Made by a program: the position numbers and the translations under genes. Shown here piece by piece: positions 58,581-64,000 of a DNA stretch of 64,000 bases (positions are counted from its first letter, which is position 1; the number at the start of each line of letters is the position of its first letter). The stretch is from Macrostomum lignano (Eukaryota), in assembly GCA_002269645.1 (NCBI GenBank), contig NIVC01000180.1:1-64000 (forward strand), in the 5' to 3' direction. Below the pieces are notes generated by a model, which saw nothing but the letters and a program-made list of their open reading frames with translations, made no database searches and was not told the DNA's origin.

Positions 58581-59581
58581 TGGTGCTGGCGGACACTCGC
58601 AGATGTAATTTTAAAACCGCGAGTCTCGTAGGGAAGTGTAGCCTTGGGCAGTCTACGTTTTTCTTTATAAATTTTTCCCACTCGTCGGAATAATCCCTCC
58701 AGAAATCCAACCGCACTCAATGATTCTTGATATTATAAACCAGTTAGCATTATCTATTGCTGTTTGGTATCAACGAAGCTTTGTTAAATCATTAAACATC
58801 AAATTTTGACGCAATCTTATTTCACATACTTAAAATTTCATCTAACTGACTTTATGAATGATCCAGATTTCTTACCCAGACCCCCAAGTTTCGCGGCAGG
58901 CTGTTTTCATTCACTCTGAAGTTGCATTCGAGTGTAAGCAGCTTGGTAGGCAATGTGTGAGCATCGCATTTACACAGCTCAATTATTTGCTGTTGATGGA
59001 CAAAATGGCTGCCAGCCGCTGTAACCGTTTCCCTTGATCGTGACGATGCGCATATTTTTCACGCGGCTGCGGTGGCAGTGTCACTAATAACTTCTCTGTT
59101 GTCATTCTATTGAGATTCCTGAGGTGCTGTGTGAGTCTGCAGTATTTAATCAGTCAAATAGTTACATCTGTAGTAGAATTTCACTGATTGTGTGCTTATC
59201 TACGTGGAGGTCGCCACTGAGCGTTCAAGCACAAATATGCAGAAACGGAGTGATAGATTGTCTGCAGTGTTAGACATTTGTCTGGTTCAGTCGATGCCTA
59301 GAAATGCACTAGAAATGCATGGTCTTGAGACAACAGTGAAGTGACAATGTGAGGCATTTTATGAATTTTGGAATTTTACTGTTTTCGAGTATGTGAACTT
59401 TCGCAAGGACCACTGTAGTATATGATGTTCTCTTGGAGCAAGAAAGCATGTTGTTTTTGCATGCAACTTTATAGTTTCTGTTGATTTTCAACTTCGTGCG
59501 CACTCGTCATTCATTGAAGCTTTTGGACATGACAGTTAATATTTAATTACACTATTTTACCTCCTGCAAGCTCAAAAAAAT

Positions 59582-59845
59582 AAATATGGTATATATTCCC
59601 CATTTATACCAGTGCTAGGGCAATAAATGGTATATATTCCCCATTTATACCAGTGCTAAGGCAATAAATGGTATATATTCCCCATTTATACCAGTGCTAA
59701 GGCAATAAATGGTATATATTCCCCATTTATACCAGTGCTAAGGCAATAAATGCCTGAGTGACTGAGCGAAGCCGAGGTCAATAAGCGAGGCACTCAAGCA
59801 TTTTTGCCCTAGACACTTGGTATTAACGGGGAATATGTATTTAAT
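59582..59845. mobile_element. Foldback/MITE-like element whose left arm is amplified as 4 x 41-bp tandem copies
   Basis: Unit aataaatggtatatattccccatttataccagtgctaaggc; inverted counterpart gcatttttgccctagacacttggtattaacggggaatatgta at ~59797-59838. Confidence 0.7.
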
Positions 59846-60644
59846 CTCTCCCGTATTCATTTATCTGTGGCCTCTATCTGAAACAAGTTCTCAGTCGTTC
59901 AGGCCATAGACGAATGAATAAACGGGAGAGATATTATTTTTCCACAACTTGGCTCGGTCTAAATAAATATTTCTTCGTCCCGGACAAATAAATGCTTCAA
60001 CACTAGACCATAGACTTATTTGACCGGGACAAGTGGGGGATAAACCGTTTATCTGCACCGATGCAAATAAATGAAATTTACACTGAGACCACAGACGTTC
60101 GCCCGGAGCAAGTGGGGGATACATAAGCAGAACTTCAATTCAAACGAAGTCCCTTTCTATTGAAACAGATGAAATTTAATTCAGACTGTCTGTGGCCAAA
60201 ACTGTATCCGAGTGACGCGCTTTGAAATTCAAAAGAAGAAAAGGTTAAATTCTATTTCGAAAAAGAGATGAGACACAACATGTCAACGAACATAAGAATA
60301 AAATGTAGAACAGGAATAAGTCAGTACCAGCAGGTATCACAGCCATCCCACCTAAAAAGTGGAACGCACCCCGTGAGCTGCTTCCTCTGGCGGCTTACAA
60401 ATCAAAGGGATTCATTAATAGTACGAGCTGCTTCTTGAGTCCTTAAGGACTACCCGTGGTCCTTGCTTTGTCAGAGTGAAATAACGGTGCACGCAGTACA
60501 TACGAGTACATGTACATTTGAGATTGACGATAGCAGGTGCTGCCAACATGTGACGTGACTCAGTCAAATTTCATGACCAGCCTAGAGTCATCTGGTCAGG
60601 GGTTTCGTGTGCAAGTTCACCTGCGCTGCACCAATCACTGATCG

Positions 60645-61520
60645 GCGGGGCATGCCACACAGCTCCCCCAGCACCGAGCTGCATGCCACACAGCTCCCCC
60701 AGCACCGAGCTGCATGCCACACAGCTCCCCCAGCACCGAGCTGCATGCCACACAGCTCCCCCAGCACCGAGCTGCATGCCACACAGCTCCCCAGCACCGA
60801 GCTGCATGCCACACAGCTCCCCCAGCACCGAGCTGCATGCCACACAGCTCCCCCAGCACCGAGCTGCATGCCACACAGCTCCCCCAGCACCCTGCTGCAT
60901 GCCACACAGCTCCCCAGCACCGAGCTGCATGCCACACAGCTCCCCCAGCACCGAGCTGCATGCCACACAGCTCCCCCAGCACCGAGCTGCATGCCACACA
61001 GCTCCCCCAGCACCCTGCTGCATGCAACACAGCTCCCCCAGCACCCTGCTGCATGCCACACAGCTCCCCCAGCACCGAGCTGCATGCCACACAGCTCCCC
61101 CAGCACCCTGCTGCATGCCACACAGCTCCCCCAGCACCGAGCTGCATGCCACACAGCTCCCCCAGCACCGAGCTGCATGCCACACAGCTCCCCCAGCACC
61201 CTGCTGCATGCCACACAGCTCCCCCAGCACCGAGCTGCATGCCACACAGCTCCCCCAGCACCGAGCTGCATGCCACACAGCTCCCCCAGCACCGAGCTGC
61301 ATGCCACACAGCTCCCCCAGCACCCTGCTGCATGCCACACAGCTCCCCCAGCACCGAGCTGCATGCCACATAGCTCCCCCAGCACCCTTCTGCATGCCAC
61401 ACAGCTCCCCCAGCACCCTGCTGCATGCCACACAGCTCCCCCAGCACCGAGCTGCATGCCACATAGCTCCCCCAGCACCCTGCTGCATGCCACACAGCTC
61501 CCCCAGCACCGAGCTGCGCG
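60645..61520. repeat. 31-bp minisatellite (gcatgccacacagctcccccagcaccgagct)
   Basis: Direct reading; explains all ORFs at 60571-61740. Confidence 0.96.
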
Positions 61521-62428
61521 CTGATCGAGGTGGCGGTGCAGACTGCGAGATGTGCGAGCCGCGACGGTGGCAGTAATTTACGTGCTGAGGTGACCGGGTG
61601 GACTGAGACGGCAGGGGGAAGCTGCGGGGCGCCGAACGAGCACGAAAGCGGCCGCCCATGCAGACAACTGAATTTTTCTCTTGAAGAATAACTTTCGTGA
61701 TCGCTCTGCGATGCAGGACCTGACAGATTTTCTGTAGCAATTTTGATTTTAATGCGTATAATTTTGATAGTTTTTATGCGTTCTAAGATTTAAAATTACA
61801 TGTACGCTTGCATTACCAAGCAACGAACTTCCTTTAAGCAGTTCATAATGTATTTTATTACAGCCCAATTCCTTTTCCCTTCAGATTTATTTCATACTGT
61901 CCTACTTTTTCAGATGAGCTTTCAACTGAGGAGAGTTCTCAGCTCGTACAGGTAGTCTTTGTTACAGAATTTAGTCAAACCGACCGAGAAGAATAAGAGT
62001 CCGCAAAGTACTTTGTGCACACTCCGAAAGTATACGGTCAAAACAACATGAAGCATCAACCAGCAGCGGTACTGAGGAAATTGCTGAGTGATGTGGATGA
62101 GTCACATCAAACTGCGTCTTGTGATGACAGCAAAATATTAGCAAGCTTTTTATACTTGTCATAGAGAATTAGATTAAATATTTCATAGTCAGGAGGTGAG
62201 AGCTAACGAGATTTTTCCAACGCCAAAAAAGAAAAAAAGATGGCTTTAGTAGGTTATGCGACATCGACACCAAAAACTGTCTTCCAACGATCTGAGCCGC
62301 AAGTCATGGGTGCCCAGCACTGCCTAAACCGATCGGGGTTGAGAAAGTAGAGGAGAAAGTAGACAGACATGAAAGCAGTTTCAGTTTCCGGAACAATGCA
62401 TGCACCAATGCCCGGCTCTGCAGGAGAT

Positions 62429-62974
62429 TCAGGCCATGCACACGGCGCAGCAGACCAGCCCGCAGCAGACGCACACCGCGACAACCAGAGTGGCGACGAT
62501 GAGCGCCAGCCGGATGAACACCATCACCAGGGCGAACAGATACAGATTCGGGTTGCAGTACTGCGAACTAGAGGAGTCCGCGCTCACGTTGCCGCGCACA
62601 TGCAGAACCCAGTACATGCCGATGATCATCCAGATGAAGGCGAACAGAGTCAGGAGGCTGCGGATGCCGGACCAGCACTTCTCACCGGCGCTCTGCTGGT
62701 TCATCTCCTCCATGCCGCCCTGCAGCCGGTCGCTTTCGCCGCCTTCGTTTGCCGATGCGTCGCGCGACTTCTTGTGCGTCTTGTGCGCGTCCGAGCCGTT
62801 GGTCAGCGCCAGGATCACCCCAACGCCGCCGCTGACAACCAGGTAAATGGGAATGTAGTGCTCTATAGGGCAGCGGTTGAAATACATCGCGCCCATGACG
62901 ATCTCGGCTATGCTGAGGCAGAAGGACACGATGGCCAGAAAGGCCATGCAGACCACCATGCAGATGGCGCCCAT
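62429..62974 (-). CDS. TMEM272: TMEM272-like four-TM protein (single coding exon)
   Basis: CPIEHYIPIYLVVSG, FAFIWMIIGMYWV, YCNPNLYLFA and a Cys-rich tail. Confidence 0.75.
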   Translation of the reverse strand: MGAICMVVCMAFLAIVSFCLSIAEIVMGAMYFNRCPIEHYIPIYLVVSGGVGVILALTNGSDAHKTHKKSRDASANEGGESDRLQGGMEEMNQQSAGEKCWSGIRSLLTLFAFIWMIIGMYWVLHVRGNVSADSSSSQYCNPNLYLFALVMVFIRLALIVATLVVAVCVCCGLVCCAVCMA

Positions 62975-63634
62975 TTTTCAGCGCTTGTGGCTTACTCGGA
63001 AAATATTCCAATCTGGTTTTCTCTTCCAGAGAAAAAGCAAAATAATTGTGTCTCTATTGCTTGCGAAGGTCACCTGCTTGCTCGCCTACAAGGTAGTTTA
63101 TAACGCGGTCTTATATCGAGCGAAGCAAATTCATTTAGCGCCAATGTACGCAACTTTGCGAGTGTACAAGTGAGTCCAGAGGGACAGAGAGGTTTATGGC
63201 GGAGTGTAAACAGTGAGTGTCCCACTCGGCGCTGCGGCTGTGCTGTTTTCCAGTGCAGCCAGGCACAATGCAGCCGCGACGGAGCTGCACGCGTTCGGTT
63301 CACGTGTTTCTCGGGGTTGGCGCTGGCAGTTTTGTATCTGAGTGGGGGTAGGGGGGGGGAGCAGCGCTGCGACAGTTGCTCTGGCAGAACTAAGTGAGAC
63401 ATGCATATCATATCTAATAAGGCGTCGAAAGAGAAGCGCTCATAGCAGAGCAACAAGCACACAGTACTTGGGTTGGCGAGATCTCTCTAACGTTTGGTTA
63501 AACAATACTAAACTAGAGCTTCTTTGCTCAGCGGGGCTGGGGATTTCTACAATTTGAAAAATTTCACAGGCATCAGAATACATTGTTTCCTTTTAATTTT
63601 TCTTGTCAAGCAGCTTTTAACTATGGTTTTACTG

Positions 63635-64000
<366 letters not shown>

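Noticed and set aside
57476-58693. Overlapping 405-aa and antisense ORFs
   Set aside because: GC-rich frame shadows of the glycosyltransferase gene.

Overview
Eukaryotic (invertebrate animal) genomic DNA: GC-rich spliced exons, AT-rich spacers and very dense (TCTA)n/(CTGT)n microsatellites and minisatellites. The style resembles a free-living flatworm such as Macrostomum, but that is inference only. The first ~11.5 kb is an AT-rich endogenous Polinton/Maverick (adintovirus-like) element. It encodes protein-primed PolB, an adenain-like protease, an A32/FtsK packaging ATPase, major and minor capsid proteins and several accessory ORFs. No integrase or left end lies in the window. Most of its frameshifts sit in homopolymers and stop after ~6.1 kb, so it may be intact in vivo. 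Five of its start codons follow splice-acceptor-like motifs. Host genes: a 3-exon GT32 (DXD) glycosyltransferase, a 4-exon p38-like MAPK with a TDY loop, a multi-exon integrin alpha spanning ~22.5 kb, an intronless CAP59/GT69-like glycosyltransferase and a TMEM272-like gene. Other mobile DNA: a dead Crypton-type tyrosine recombinase, a 1.4-kb intronic foldback element, a Gypsy remnant split by a 3.4-kb CAC...GTG DNA transposon, MITEs, SINEs and a LINE fragment. Most long ORFs in the track beyond 31 kb are repeat-translation artefacts.
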